Assembly: GCA_963705725.1 (NCBI GenBank)
Contig: CAVPKM010000009.1
Location: 12,051-76,050 of the forward strand
Direction of reading: 5' to 3'
Source: an uncultured Gammaproteobacteria bacterium
Lineage (GTDB): Bacteria > Pseudomonadota > Gammaproteobacteria > UBA6002
DNA length: 64,000 nucleotides
A program made the translations under genes and the position numbers. Below the pieces are notes generated by a model. It ran no database searches. It saw nothing but the letters and a program-made list of their open reading frames with translations, and was not told where the DNA came from. This document shows positions 8,287 through 19,807 of the stretch, one piece after another. Every line of letters starts with the position of its first letter. Position 1 is the stretch's first letter.

Positions 8287-9912
8287 TTACGTCGCACTTA
8301 TCAAATGGTTTAGCTCTCCCATAGTCACAAGCTCACGTCTATCAAGCTCTTCTTGCTGTTCTCTGGTAGGTTGTGATGGTGATAAAGCATTTTTAAAAAA
8401 ACTAAATGCCGAATTAGGCACACTTCTTAATGCCTGACAGGTGGTCATAAAACTATCATAATAACTATTAGGTTCGCAGTTATGGCCAAAAGACTGCTTA
8501 CTGTATATTTCAACTACTTCAGTGTCAGGCAAAGCTGCCAGTGAATTTTCAGGAGGAATTTTAACCGTCTCTTCAACGAATTTTTCCAAAAAATCGTCAT
8601 CTGGCATTGTTCCAATGACGCACATTAAGCGAAAAATCATTTGATTGTGTGATACACCAACAGCGGTAGATAATTCATTTGATTTGTAAAGATATTTATT
8701 GAGTAGATACTTAATAAACATCATAGACTCATAGATAACCACAGACAAATCAAGAGAATTAATTCCCCAAGCCGCTCCACCACCAATTAATAATGACTGC
8801 CAAGCAGTTTGAATAGTTTCTTCTTCAAAAAGATATTTTCCAACAATCCTAGAAGCGCCACCTAATGAGAAAAAGGCCAATGCCAAGCTTACACCAATTA
8901 ACAGTCTTTCTGCATTACGTGAAATTTTTTTTAATCGGATTTCGACTGAATTATCTACTAAGATTGGATCTGAAATGAGGTCAAATAATGTATCGGTTAA
9001 ATTACCAACAGCAGAAATCAGCAAAAACCATCTTAAAAATCCACCTGTCATAGCACACGTAGTTCCTAAGAAGTTAAGAATATCCCCCCAAAAATTGACT
9101 GATTCAACATGGGGTATCGCAGATCTAGCTGACGCAAAAAAAGCTGTAGCGTAGCCAATGTCATAGGCATAAGCAATATATTTGGCCATATTTCTAAATA
9201 AAGGATAATTTCTTCTTACTAAAATTCCTTGGCTTAACAGCTTGATATCGGAGTCACTCAGCTTCATACCGACCAAACATAAATTGAGCGCTTTCAGCAT
9301 CTGAAATTTATATGCTTCTGCCCATTTTTTTCTATTCTCATCAGTTTTAGTCAGGTTATACAGACCACGAAAATTTAAGGCAGACATGGTAATAACCTGG
9401 ATAATTTCCATGACAATTAATTTAACTAATCCTTTATCCTTATTCGTATCATAAACAAATTTGCTATTCGGTAAGGCACTGATCAACGCAATCAAAGCTT
9501 GGATAATTATAGAGCGACGAGAAGCCTTTTCCTCAACCGTCAAAAGTTCGCCGTTTCTTTTTTTAAAAATTTTATCTTTACAAACATAAAACGTTCCACA
9601 TGTTGACCTAGTATTAATAGCAGTATTTACAACCAATCCGATTGTGCCGCAAAAATAACCAAAATCAGTTGCTGCTTGCTTTGACAGAAGCCCTAATTTA
9701 AGAACAAAATTTTGAATATATTCAACACTAAAGTCAAAGTGATACTCACTTGCAAAAACTGCTACCACACTCGCTCCCGTCACTAATGCAAGCTCACTCA
9801 AAGGATACTGCTCTGGCTCAAGAAATTTTGCCAATGCTTGATAGGCAGCAATTGCGGCTTTATCTTCTGGAGTTTGTTCTGGTGAAATAGCTTCGAAATC
9901 TTGCATAAACAC
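8287..9912 (-). CDS. hypothetical membrane-associated protein (541 aa)
   Basis: Long ORF with several hydrophobic segments. No recognisable catalytic motif. Confidence 0.35.
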   Translation of the reverse strand: MFMQDFEAISPEQTPEDKAAIAAYQALAKFLEPEQYPLSELALVTGASVVAVFASEYHFDFSVEYIQNFVLKLGLLSKQAATDFGYFCGTIGLVVNTAINTRSTCGTFYVCKDKIFKKRNGELLTVEEKASRRSIIIQALIALISALPNSKFVYDTNKDKGLVKLIVMEIIQVITMSALNFRGLYNLTKTDENRKKWAEAYKFQMLKALNLCLVGMKLSDSDIKLLSQGILVRRNYPLFRNMAKYIAYAYDIGYATAFFASARSAIPHVESVNFWGDILNFLGTTCAMTGGFLRWFLLISAVGNLTDTLFDLISDPILVDNSVEIRLKKISRNAERLLIGVSLALAFFSLGGASRIVGKYLFEEETIQTAWQSLLIGGGAAWGINSLDLSVVIYESMMFIKYLLNKYLYKSNELSTAVGVSHNQMIFRLMCVIGTMPDDDFLEKFVEETVKIPPENSLAALPDTEVVEIYSKQSFGHNCEPNSYYDSFMTTCQALRSVPNSAFSFFKNALSPSQPTREQQEELDRRELVTMGELNHLISAT

Positions 9913-10196
9913 ACCCTATAGGTTCTGGTTATTACTAGCTCACAATTCAGCAAAATCGGCTTACTAATTCCTGAACAGTGACATTATTTGAGAGAAAGTT
10001 ATGAAGGTTTGTGCGAATTTTAGCACAGGCACTGTGGGCTAACTAAAGAATTCATTTTGATTCGAAGTCTAATTGGTTCATTTAATTTTTTCTTAAGAAA
10101 AACGACCGTGAACACCGACACGCTATAAAAGCGCATCGGTGAATAACACACAAAGTAGCACCAAAATAATGTTAAGACAGACGCAAGGGTAGTGAC

Positions 10197-11066
10197 TTAC
10201 CAACCGGTTATCTCTGCTACCCCTTTGCCAATTTCTGCAGGAGATTTAACAATGTGAACGCCTGCATTTTGCAGTGCTTTGAATTTTTCTGCCGCTGTTC
10301 CTTTTCCACCCGAAATAATCGCACCAGCATGACCCATACGTTTTCCTGGAGGTGCGGTTACACCTGCAATGTAAGAAACAACCGGTTTAGATATGCGCTT
10401 GATATAATCTGCAGCTTCTTCCTCAGCAGTGCCACCAATTTCTCCCACCATGATAATGGCTTCAGTTTTATCATCTTTTTCGAACATAGCGAGAACATCA
10501 ATAAAATTAGTTCCCGGTATGGGATCACCACCAATTCCAACACAAGTGCTTTGACCAAAACCGAGATCAGTTGTTTGTTTGACTGCTTCATAGGTTAACG
10601 TTCCCGATCTTGAAACGATACCTACACGACCTGGCTGATGAATGTGTCCTGGCATAATGCCGATTTTACATTCTCCAGGAGTGATCACCCCTGGACAGTT
10701 AGGGCCAATTATGCGAGCACCTCGCTCATCTGCGTAGATTTTTACCGCTAACATATCCAGTACTGGCACACCTTCTGTAATACAGATGATTAGCTTAATG
10801 CCAGCATCTACCGCCTCAAGGATGGAATCCTTGCAAAATGGTGCAGGAACATAGATAACACTGGCATCAGCTCCTGTTGCTATCACCGCATCGCGTACTG
10901 TATTGAAAACAGGTAACCCTAAGTGTTGCTCCCCGCCTTTTCCTGGCGTGACTCCTCCCACCATCTTAGTGCCATATTCTATCGCTTGTTGCGAATGAAA
11001 CGTTCCTTGCTTACCTGTAAAGCCTTGGCAAATCACTTTTGTTTCTTTATTGATTAAAATACTCAT
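10197..11066 (-). CDS. sucD: succinyl-CoA synthetase alpha subunit
   Basis: '[24 protein letters not shown]...' plus the CoA-binding and His-phosphorylation region '[14 protein letters not shown]'. Confidence 0.95.
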   Translation of the reverse strand: MSILINKETKVICQGFTGKQGTFHSQQAIEYGTKMVGGVTPGKGGEQHLGLPVFNTVRDAVIATGADASVIYVPAPFCKDSILEAVDAGIKLIICITEGVPVLDMLAVKIYADERGARIIGPNCPGVITPGECKIGIMPGHIHQPGRVGIVSRSGTLTYEAVKQTTDLGFGQSTCVGIGGDPIPGTNFIDVLAMFEKDDKTEAIIMVGEIGGTAEEEAADYIKRISKPVVSYIAGVTAPPGKRMGHAGAIISGGKGTAAEKFKALQNAGVHIVKSPAEIGKGVAEITGW

Positions 11067-12244
11067 GCTGTTGCCCCCTGAGTCGCATTAACGGCTTTCA
11101 CTACTTTTTGTGCTGCATCAGTGAAATTCTTTGCAGCGATAATATTAAGACCGCTATCTTCAAGTTTTTTTGCGCCAAGTTCAGCATTATTGCCTTCTAA
11201 ACGTACCACAACAGGAATTTTAATACCCACTTCTGCTACTGCGCTGATAATACCATCTGCAATAAGGTCACAACGTACAATACCGCCAAAAATATTGACT
11301 AATACAGCTTTTACTTTTTTATCAGATAAAATAATTTTAAATGCTTCCGTCACACGCTCCTTGGTTGCTCCACCACCCACATCTAAAAAGTTCGCTGGTT
11401 GTCCGCCATTTAATTTAATTAAATCCATTGTTGCCATGGCAAGACCTGCTCCATTGACCATGCAACCGATATCGCCTTCAAGCGCAATGTAATTTAGCTC
11501 CCATTGTTGTGCTCGTGTTTCACGCTCATCCTCTTGACTCGTATCGCGCATACCCCGAATTTCTGATTGTCGGTAAAGCGCATTATCATCAATATTAATT
11601 TTGCCATCGAGGCAAACTAAATTTCCATCCTTGGTAATCACTAATGGATTAATTTCTACTAAACTTAAATCGCACTCTACAAACATTTTATAAAGTCCTG
11701 TTAATAAAGAAATTAATTGCTTGATCTGTTCGGGTTGTAGATTTAGCGAAAAACCTAATTCTCTGCATTGATATGGCATGATGCCAACTAATGGATCAAT
11801 GCTAAGATAACTAATTTTCTCAGGTGAAGTTTCCGCAACTTTCTCAATTTCTACTCCGCCTTCTGTCGACGCCATAAAGACAACGCGTTGCAGTGATCGG
11901 TCTACCACTGCACCAATATAAAGTTCCTTGCTAATTTGGCTTAATTCTTCAATTAATACCTGATGAATGGGTTGGCCTTCCGGTCCGGTTTGATAAGTAA
12001 CTAACCTTGTTCCGATCATTTCTTTAATTGTTTTTTTTAGCTCATCCTTACCAGAAACGAGTTTGACACCTCCTGCCTTTCCTCTTCCACCTGCATGGAC
12101 TTGAGCCTTTACCACAAAGCGGTCTCCTCCCATTCGGTTGGCTACATCTACGCCTTCTTCTTGGCTGCGAACAGCTTCGCCCATTGGGACGGGCAACCCA
12201 TATTTTTCAAACAATTTTTTAGCTTGATGTTCATGTATATTCAT
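11063..12244 (-). CDS. sucC: succinyl-CoA synthetase beta subunit
   Basis: '[20 protein letters not shown]...', ATP-grasp. The upstream 12 codons of the called ORF are likely spurious. Overlaps sucD by 4 nt. Confidence 0.95.
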   Translation of the reverse strand: MNIHEHQAKKLFEKYGLPVPMGEAVRSQEEGVDVANRMGGDRFVVKAQVHAGGRGKAGGVKLVSGKDELKKTIKEMIGTRLVTYQTGPEGQPIHQVLIEELSQISKELYIGAVVDRSLQRVVFMASTEGGVEIEKVAETSPEKISYLSIDPLVGIMPYQCRELGFSLNLQPEQIKQLISLLTGLYKMFVECDLSLVEINPLVITKDGNLVCLDGKINIDDNALYRQSEIRGMRDTSQEDERETRAQQWELNYIALEGDIGCMVNGAGLAMATMDLIKLNGGQPANFLDVGGGATKERVTEAFKIILSDKKVKAVLVNIFGGIVRCDLIADGIISAVAEVGIKIPVVVRLEGNNAELGAKKLEDSGLNIIAAKNFTDAAQKVVKAVNATQGATA

Positions 12245-12307
12245 ATAATAAATTTCCAAATAGTTACAATGCTTAACCATTTAGCACAATGGACGTTCAA
12301 TCCTGTG

Positions 12308-13486
12308 CTACAGTTCTAATAATAATCGGGCAGGATCTTCTAGTATCTGCTTGATTGCCACTAAGAAGCTAACCGATTCTCGACCATCAATAATACGGTG
12401 ATCGTATGACAATGCGACATACATCATGGGTCGAATGACGACTTGGCCATTTTCTGCAACAGGACGTTGCACAATGTTATGCATACCCAAAATTCCGCTT
12501 TGAGGAGGGTTGAGTATGGGTGTGGACATTAATGAGCCAAATATTCCTCCGTTAGTGATAGTGAAGGTCCCGCCCGTCATTTCTTCTAACGTCAGTTTGC
12601 CTTCTTTTGCTTTAGCTGCATAAGCACCGATTGATGCTTCAATTGAAGCCATGCTCATACTATCCGCATCTCTTAATACAGGCACCACCAGTCCTCGTGG
12701 TGAAGAAACAGCAATACCGATATCGTAGTAACCATGATAAACAATATCTTGGCCATCGATTGATGCATTAACTGCAGGAAATCGTTTTAACGCCTCCACG
12801 GTTGCCTTGACAAAAAATGACATAAACCCTAACCGTTCATTGTGCACTTTTTCAAATTGGTCTTTATATTTTGTACGAATTTCCATAACAGGATGCATAT
12901 TGATTTCATTAAATGTCGTTAGCATCGCTGCATTCTGCTGAGCCGCAACTAAGCGCTCCGCAATTTTTGCTCTTAAACGAGACATTGGCACGCGCTTTTC
13001 TGGCCTTTCACCCTCTAAAAACTCCGCTTCTATCTTAGCGGGTGGTTGTTCTTTTGTTTGAAGATGTGTGAGAATATCTTCTTTCTGCAAACGTCCTCCC
13101 TTTCCGGAGCCTTTAATCTCACTCGTCTTGAGATCATGTTCTGTTATTAAGCGCCTAACAGAGGGACTTAGCCCTTCTGACAATTGGGCTTCTGGTTTTG
13201 CGGCTTCTGATTTAGTCTCTGTTTTTTCTGGCTTGTTAACCGCTGCTTTATCAGAAGAAATCAGGCCTAGCAGCTCGTCTCCTTTGACTGTTGAACCCTC
13301 AGGTTTAATAATTTCTTGAAGTACTCCATCCCCTGGTGCAGGCACTTCTAACATGACCTTATCGGTTTCTAAATCTACTAAATTTTCATCACGTTTTACG
13401 AATTCGCCAGGTTTTTTATACCATTTAGCCACAGTAGCATCTGCTACCGATTCAGGTAACATGGGTACCTTCACTTCAACAGACAT
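12308..13486 (-). CDS. sucB: dihydrolipoamide succinyltransferase (E2) of 2-oxoglutarate dehydrogenase
   Basis: Lipoyl domain '[19 protein letters not shown]...DKVMLEV' and the catalytic C-terminus '...DHRIIDGRE'. Confidence 0.95.
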   Translation of the reverse strand: MSVEVKVPMLPESVADATVAKWYKKPGEFVKRDENLVDLETDKVMLEVPAPGDGVLQEIIKPEGSTVKGDELLGLISSDKAAVNKPEKTETKSEAAKPEAQLSEGLSPSVRRLITEHDLKTSEIKGSGKGGRLQKEDILTHLQTKEQPPAKIEAEFLEGERPEKRVPMSRLRAKIAERLVAAQQNAAMLTTFNEINMHPVMEIRTKYKDQFEKVHNERLGFMSFFVKATVEALKRFPAVNASIDGQDIVYHGYYDIGIAVSSPRGLVVPVLRDADSMSMASIEASIGAYAAKAKEGKLTLEEMTGGTFTITNGGIFGSLMSTPILNPPQSGILGMHNIVQRPVAENGQVVIRPMMYVALSYDHRIIDGRESVSFLVAIKQILEDPARLLLEL

Positions 13487-13574
13487 TGTTTTTTCCTTTT
13501 AGTTTGATTAATTATTCATCGCCTCTCAAGGCTTGATATCGAAAGGTGGAAACAGACTTTTTTACAAGAAAGTA

Positions 13575-16387
13575 TTATTTTAGCGCCTCAGCCACCAGCT
13601 CTATTTGCTGTTTCTTGTGCAATGCTGGATAACCTGCAGCAGGCGACGCAGAAGCAGGCCTTCCGGCATAACTTAACTCTTGCCCTTTTTGCAGACAAGC
13701 TAACAAACGATCACGTGAAATAAACCATGCGCCCTGATTTTTAGGCTCTTCCTGACACCAAACGATGCATTTCGTTTGCTGGTATTTCGCGAGTATGGCT
13801 TGCAATTCTTCATAGGGAAAAGGATACAATTGTTCTATTCGCACGATAGCTATGTCTTCTTTTTTCTCTCTCGCCGCTTACTAAGCAAATCATAATAAAC
13901 TTTCCCACAACACAATACGACTTTTCGGACTTTTTCTGGTTTAATTTCATCCACTTCTGGAATGATTAATTGAAATTTCCCATGCGCCAAATCATTTAAT
14001 GATGAAACAGCAAGCTTATGCCTTAATAAGCTCTTTGGTGTCATAACAATCAAAGGAAGGCGTAAAGGCCGGATAACTTGCCGCCTTAATAAATGAAAAA
14101 TTTGTGCCGGAGTGGTAGGAGTACAAACTTGCATATTGTACTGAGCGCATAACTGTAAATAGCGTTCTAAACGGGCAGAAGAATGCTCTGGTCCCATTCC
14201 TTCATATCCATGAGGTAGCAGCATGACAAGATGACTCAGTTGTTTCCATTTTTGCCAGCCAGAACTAATGAATTGATCTATTATTACTTGTGCGCCATTC
14301 GCAAAATCTCCGAATTGAGCTTCCCAAATGACCAAAGCATTGGGGCTGGTTTTGGAATAACCATATTCAAAACCAAGCACTCCCTCTTCAGACAATAATG
14401 AATCATAAACTTGAAATATTACCCCTTCTTTCGGTAATTGCTTGAGCGGGATATAAGTTTCACCCGTTTTCTGATTATGTAAGACTACATGCCGATGACC
14501 AAAAGTTCCGCGGCAACAATCTTGACCAGTAATTCGCACTGGATAACCTTGATCTAACAAGGTTGCATAAGCCATGGTCTCAGCATAACCCCAATCTAAT
14601 GGCAAATGGCCTGCCGTCATTTGTGATCGAGCTTCCATCATGTTGCTTACCTGCCTCTGCAATTCAAAATGGCTTGGCAAGTTTTCAATTTTTCGAGCTA
14701 ATTTATAAAGGTTATCTTTAGCGACAGAGGTGTCAGCAACGATATGAACTTCCTGATTCATGAATTGCGTCCAATTTTCTGAACGTCGATTAGGATTGGT
14801 GACCAAATTAACAATGGTTTGCTCTCCGCGATCCATTGCATTTCGATATTGATCAATTAAATTGTTTGTATCTTTCTCTGTTAGTATTCCATCGTTGACT
14901 AACTTTCTTGCATAAATCTCACGCGTTGAGGGGCGAGATCGTATTTTCTGATACATAATTGGCTGGGTAGCAGATGGCTCATCCGCTTCATTATGGCCAT
15001 GAAGACGATAACAAACAAAGTCAATGACAATATCTTTATTAAATTTATTACGATAATCCGTTGCAAGCTTTGCAAGAAACACGACCGCTTCTGAATCATC
15101 AGCATTAACATGAAATACAGGAGCATCGATCATTTTGGCAATATCCGTACAATACAATGAAGAACGAATATCCTTAGGATTACTGGTTGTGAAGCCTACT
15201 TGATTATTAATCACGATATGGATTGAACCGCCTATATAGTAAGCGTTTGTCTGTGACATATTGAGGGTTTCCAACACAATGCCTTGTCCTGAAAATGCGG
15301 CATCGCCATGAACTTGTATCGGTAAAACCTGACTGCCATGATAATCATAATTTCGATCTTGCCTGGCTCTTACCGAACCCATAGCAACGGAAGAAATGAT
15401 TTCTAGATGAGAGGGATTTGCAGCTAAAAATAGGTGAACATCGCCCCCTGGAGTGGCAACATCAGAGGAAAAACCCAAGTGATACTTCACATCCCCTGAA
15501 GTCAGCCCATAATCCTTCTTACCTTCAAACTCTTGGATAAGTTCTTCCGGGGATTTGCCCATAATATTTAACAGAACATTTAATCGGCCCCGATGCGCCA
15601 TTCCAATCACAACTTCCTTAACGCTCGCGCTACCTGCATATTGAATAATCTTATGAATGAAAGGAATAAAGGATTCACCACCTTCAAGGGAAAACCTTTT
15701 TTGTCCAACAAACCGATTTCCCAAATATCGTTCAAGCCCTTCTGCAGCGGTTAGTAATGTTAAAATTTCACATTTCTCATCATCGTTGATCGCTTCAGAA
15801 AATTGTCGCTGTTCTAAATACTGCTGGAGCCATTCCACCTCTTCTTGGTTGCGAATATACATATATTCCGCTCCAATCGAAGCGGTATAGACGTTTTGTA
15901 ACTTCAAGCAGATTTCTTTGAGAGAGCTTTCTTCCTTACCGGTAAGAGATTTTGCATGAAACTGCTGACCATAATCATTGTCACTTAAATTATGGTGACT
16001 TAATTGAAGCTCCGGAACTTCTGGACGCTGCGCGCCAAGTGGATCAATTTTCGCAGCTAAATGTCCAAATCGACGATAAGCATTGATCAACTGGTTGACC
16101 TCAAACTGCTTTCTCTCTTTTACGACATCTGTGCTAACAGATAAATTTAAAGTGCGAGGTTGTTTGGCCAGCTGTAGAAAATAATTTTTAATATCGGCAT
16201 GTGATATATCTAGTGTTCCAATATTAGAAACTTTTGGTAAAGACTCAAAAAACTGCTGCCACTCTTGGGGAACATTTTCTGGATTTTTTAAATATATCTC
16301 ATACAGCGCTTCAATGTAGGTCGCATTACCACCGGATAAATAAGAGGTTGCGCGAAGCGCCTTCATGCTATTACTGTTATCTTGCAT
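13575..16387 (-). CDS. sucA: 2-oxoglutarate dehydrogenase E1 (sucA), interrupted by an apparent frameshift in a T6/A6 run at 13860-13865
   Basis: The 845-aa ORF (13850..16387) ends '...GKVYYDLLSKRRERKKKT*'. The 89-aa ORF (13575..13844) reads 'IEQLYPFP...WCQEEPKNQGAW...AGRPASASPA'. The other frame reads '..ERKEDIAIVRIEQLYPFP', colinear with E. coli 'GKVYYDLLEQRR...DVAIVRIEQLYPFP'. Confidence 0.9.
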
Positions 16388-16438
16388 CGGTTAAGCCCTT
16401 AATTTATAGCCAATCTAGGGATGAAAAATCCCAAATTA

Positions 16439-17137
16439 TTATACTGCCCTTTCAACCATTTCTCGCCTAATGTGTCCAATTGCCTTTGCAGGATTTAAGC
16501 CCTTCGGACAGGCATCAACGCAATTCATAATTGTACGACATCTAAAAAGTTTATAGGCATTTTGCAGATCATCTAATCTTGCTTCTGTTTGGTTATCGCG
16601 CGTATCCATAAGGAAACGACAAACCCAAAGCAGAGCAGCAGGTCCTAAAAATTTATCGGGATTCCACCAGTAGGATGGGCAGGAACTGGAACAACATGCG
16701 CATAAAATGCATTCATATAGTCCATCAAGTTTCGCTCGATCTTCGGGTGATTGAAGCCGCTCTTCGGTGGGTGCTTCTCCATCATTGAGTAGAAAAGGCT
16801 TGGCCTTACCATACTGTTCATAAAATTGTGTCATATCCACAATGAGATCACGGACAACTGGAAAACCTGGCAACGGCCTTAAAATAACGTGCTCAGGCAA
16901 GTCTGTTAAAGAAGTCATACAAGCCAGACAATTTTTTCCATTGATATTCATCCCATCGGAACCACAAACACCTTCACCACAAGAACGTCTAAACCCCAGT
17001 GTGGGATCTTCTTCCTTAAGCGCTTCCAATGCATGAAGCACCATTTTTCCTTTAAGTTTGCTGTGGTCTAAAATGAAATCCTGCATGTAGGGGGTTTTAT
17101 CTGTTTCCGGATTGAATCGATATATAGTAAATTTCAT
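16439..17137 (-). CDS. sdhB: succinate dehydrogenase iron-sulfur subunit
   Basis: 2Fe-2S, 4Fe-4S and 3Fe-4S cysteine clusters: 'CGSDGMNINGKNCLAC', 'CILCACCSSSCP', 'CRTIMNCVDACP'. Confidence 0.95.
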   Translation of the reverse strand: MKFTIYRFNPETDKTPYMQDFILDHSKLKGKMVLHALEALKEEDPTLGFRRSCGEGVCGSDGMNINGKNCLACMTSLTDLPEHVILRPLPGFPVVRDLIVDMTQFYEQYGKAKPFLLNDGEAPTEERLQSPEDRAKLDGLYECILCACCSSSCPSYWWNPDKFLGPAALLWVCRFLMDTRDNQTEARLDDLQNAYKLFRCRTIMNCVDACPKGLNPAKAIGHIRREMVERAV

Positions 17138-18936
17138 TAATGCTCTCTCTCTTCAAGTGGAAAAGGTTCGACTTCACGTGGTTTCATATTCACTTCACGA
17201 AAAGCCACTCGACCATCTGCAAAATAAATGGAATGCTTTAACCAGTTTTTATCATCTCGATCCGGATAATCCAATCTCGAATGTGCCCCACGACTTTCCG
17301 TTCTGATATTAGCAAGAACTGCAGAAGCTTTGGCAACAGCAATTAAGTTATCTAATTCTAACGCCTCGATTCGAGCAGTATTAAAAATCTGACTAGTATC
17401 TGCTAACACCGTCTGTTTGGATTGTGTCTCAATCGCTTCTAAATGTTTAAGCCCCTCTTGCATATGCTCGCCCGTTCTAAATACACCAAAATCTTCTTGC
17501 ATCACTTTTTGCATATCAGCACGAACTTTAAAAACTTCGAACCCTTCTTTATTAGTTTCTAATCGATTTAATCTAACTAATGCTGCATCGATATCATCGT
17601 CACTAACCACTGGCATATCATAGCCAGCTTTTAAAATTTCTTCTAAGTGCAGCCCAACTGCTCGGCCAAATACCACAATATCGAGCAAGGAATTGGCGCC
17701 TAGACGATTTGCACCATGTACTGAAACACAAGCGCATTCTCCTGCTGCAAACAAGCCATCAATCAGTTTGTCTTTTCCATCTTGATCAACAGTTAAGGCT
17801 TGCCCAAAAATATTGGTAGGGATTCCTCCCATCATATAATGACAGGTCGGAACAACGGGAATCGGTTCCTTGCGAATATCTACGCCTGCAAATGTTCTTG
17901 CTAATTCAGTGATACCCGGCAAACGCGTCTTGAGTACTTCATCGCTTAGGTGATCGAGCTTTAATAGCACATAATCACCATGAGGCCCGGCACCCCTTCC
18001 TTCTCGAATTTCCATCATGGAAGAACGGGAAACGACGTCACGACATGACAAATCTTTAAGATGTGGCGCATAGCGCTCCATAAAACGCTCGCCATTTTTA
18101 TTAACTAAGTACCCGCCTTCACCTCTCGCACCTTCGGTAATCAATACTCCAACGCCAGCAATACCTGTCGGATGAAATTGCCACATTTCCATATCTTGAA
18201 CCGGGTACCCAGCTCTAAGAGCTAGTCCCAGACCGTCTCCGGTATTCGTATAAGCATTGGTAGTAGTAGAAAAAATTCGTCCCGCTCCGCCAGTGGCAAG
18301 CACTGTTGTGCGTGATTTTAAGAAACATACTTCACCAGTTTCAATGCAAAGGGCAATCACCCCTGCCACTCCGCCGGTTGATGATTTAACTAAATCCACC
18401 GCATACCATTCGCTATACACATTAGTTTTTGCTTGTAGATTTTTTTGATAAAGCGTGTGCAACATAGCATGACCAGTACGATCTGCCGCGGCACAGGTCC
18501 GATGCGCTAAGTCACCACCAAAATTTAGTGTCTGCCCGCCAAAGGCTCGCTGATAGATTTTACCTGCTTTATTGCGCGAAAAAGGCAGACCCATATGCTC
18601 AAGTTCATAAACAGTTGCTGGCGCATGCTTGCACATATATTCAATTGCATCTTGATCTCCCAAGAAATCGGAACCCATGATGGTGTCATACATATGCCAA
18701 CGCCAATCATCAATTCCATCAGTATTTCCTAAAGCGGCATTAATTCCACCCTGGGCAGAAACGGTATGCGAACGAGTTGGAAACACTTTCGATATTAAAG
18801 CGACTTTCAGTCCGGATTGCGCTAATTGCAAAGAGGCACGCATGCCTGCGCCTCCGGCACCGATTATAATGGCATCAAATTCACGCTGTGCTATTCGGTC
18901 TACTGGCATAGAATCAAAATCCCCATAAAACGACAA
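17137..18936 (-). CDS. sdhA: succinate dehydrogenase flavoprotein subunit
   Basis: FAD-binding '[13 protein letters not shown]', '[10 protein letters not shown]' and the fumarate reductase/SDH catalytic domain. Confidence 0.95.
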   Translation of the reverse strand: MSFYGDFDSMPVDRIAQREFDAIIIGAGGAGMRASLQLAQSGLKVALISKVFPTRSHTVSAQGGINAALGNTDGIDDWRWHMYDTIMGSDFLGDQDAIEYMCKHAPATVYELEHMGLPFSRNKAGKIYQRAFGGQTLNFGGDLAHRTCAAADRTGHAMLHTLYQKNLQAKTNVYSEWYAVDLVKSSTGGVAGVIALCIETGEVCFLKSRTTVLATGGAGRIFSTTTNAYTNTGDGLGLALRAGYPVQDMEMWQFHPTGIAGVGVLITEGARGEGGYLVNKNGERFMERYAPHLKDLSCRDVVSRSSMMEIREGRGAGPHGDYVLLKLDHLSDEVLKTRLPGITELARTFAGVDIRKEPIPVVPTCHYMMGGIPTNIFGQALTVDQDGKDKLIDGLFAAGECACVSVHGANRLGANSLLDIVVFGRAVGLHLEEILKAGYDMPVVSDDDIDAALVRLNRLETNKEGFEVFKVRADMQKVMQEDFGVFRTGEHMQEGLKHLEAIETQSKQTVLADTSQIFNTARIEALELDNLIAVAKASAVLANIRTESRGAHSRLDYPDRDDKNWLKHSIYFADGRVAFREVNMKPREVEPFPLEEREH

Positions 18937-19261
18937 TGCCCCAAGCTAGGCAATAAAAAAATAGTATGGCTACTAATACCTGCAAAGTTAAGCGTAAGTA
19001 GCAACGTTTAATATAGTCTGTGAATACCGTCCACATCCCAATCCAAGCATGAAGTAGAATACTGAAAAGAACTAATGCACTAAATATTTTTACTACGTTA
19101 AAAGAAAACAAGCCCTGCCATTCATCAAATTGCAATTGAGGATGAAGCAGGATATATCCAAAGATAATAAGAAAATAAATTGAAATAATGACGGATGTGA
19201 CACGTTGAATTAACCAATCTCGCAATCCGCGATTACTCAAGCTTAAAATATTATCTACCAT
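18914..19261 (-). CDS. sdhD: succinate dehydrogenase membrane anchor subunit
   Basis: Start '[24 protein letters not shown]...', three TM helices. The upstream part of the 168-aa called ORF overlaps sdhC and is rejected. Confidence 0.8.
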   Translation of the reverse strand: MVDNILSLSNRGLRDWLIQRVTSVIISIYFLIIFGYILLHPQLQFDEWQGLFSFNVVKIFSALVLFSILLHAWIGMWTVFTDYIKRCYLRLTLQVLVAILFFYCLAWGIVVLWGF

Positions 19262-19629
19262 AACCACACTCCTGTTGCCAGAATGAGAATGATTGCAATA
19301 ATAAAAACAAGGTTTGCACCTTTTTGACCACCAGAATGCGTCTCCCCTATTCCCATATCCATTAGCAAATGCCGAACACCTGCTATTAAATGAAAAATCA
19401 CTGAAGCAAGAAGGATCCATGACAACAATTTCATGATCGGTGTATCAAGGCTTTCAACCAATTGCTGAAATTTTTCTCCTGAGCTTAATGACATATCCAG
19501 CGCAAAAATCAAAAAGGGAAGGTAAAGAAATAACATCACACCTGTAATCCGATGAAAAATCGAAACAATTGCTGTATTTGGATATTTATACTTGGTTACG
19601 TCTAAAAAAACAGGACGCTGATCTTTCAC
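19255..19629 (-). CDS. sdhC: succinate dehydrogenase cytochrome b556 subunit
   Basis: 'MKDQRPVFLDVTKYKYPNTAIVSIFHRITGV...', a haem-binding His in TM helices. Confidence 0.8.
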   Translation of the reverse strand: MKDQRPVFLDVTKYKYPNTAIVSIFHRITGVMLFLYLPFLIFALDMSLSSGEKFQQLVESLDTPIMKLLSWILLASVIFHLIAGVRHLLMDMGIGETHSGGQKGANLVFIIAIILILATGVWLW

Positions 19630-19743
19630 ATCACTACTCCTTAAATTATCCTCAAAGGAAGGTAAAGCCCTAGCGAATGGCTACTGTATTTTTAACATAA
19701 ATTTTTATAAATTAGAAAGGACTTTCTTTATCCTCTAACATTT

Positions 19744-19773
19744 TTGACAATTTTAACTGTACTAAGCTATAGT
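19744..19773 (+). promoter_or_regulatory. putative sigma70 promoter of gltA (TTGACA-18-TATAGT)
   Basis: TTGACA at 19744-19749 and TATAGT at 19768-19773, in the divergent sdhC/gltA intergenic region. A GGGAGG RBS lies before the gltA ATG. Confidence 0.4.
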
Positions 19774-19807
19774 CAGTCGATACAAATTAGCAAAGCGGGA
19801 GGCTATA

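Noticed and set aside
9913-10196. Possible terminator hairpin GGGTAG...CTACCC near the sucD 3' end
   Set aside because: One arm lies inside the sucD coding sequence and the loop exceeds 20 nt with no T-tract. Not convincing.
10254-10598. 114-aa and 77-aa ORFs on both strands inside sucD, and similar ORFs inside sucC (11121..11492), sucB (13068..13319), sucA (14899..15126, 15657..15890), sdhB/sdhA (16842..17036, 17417..17623, 18257..18448, 18525..18928)
   Set aside because: They are fully embedded in, or antisense to, strongly conserved TCA genes. They are low-complexity or Cys/Ser-rich with no motifs. Spurious frame artefacts.
18914-19420. 168-aa sdhD ORF as called (N-terminal 53 codons)
   Set aside because: The extension overlaps sdhC and is Cys/Ser-rich with no conservation. 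The true sdhD start is the internal Met 'MVDNILSL' at 19261.
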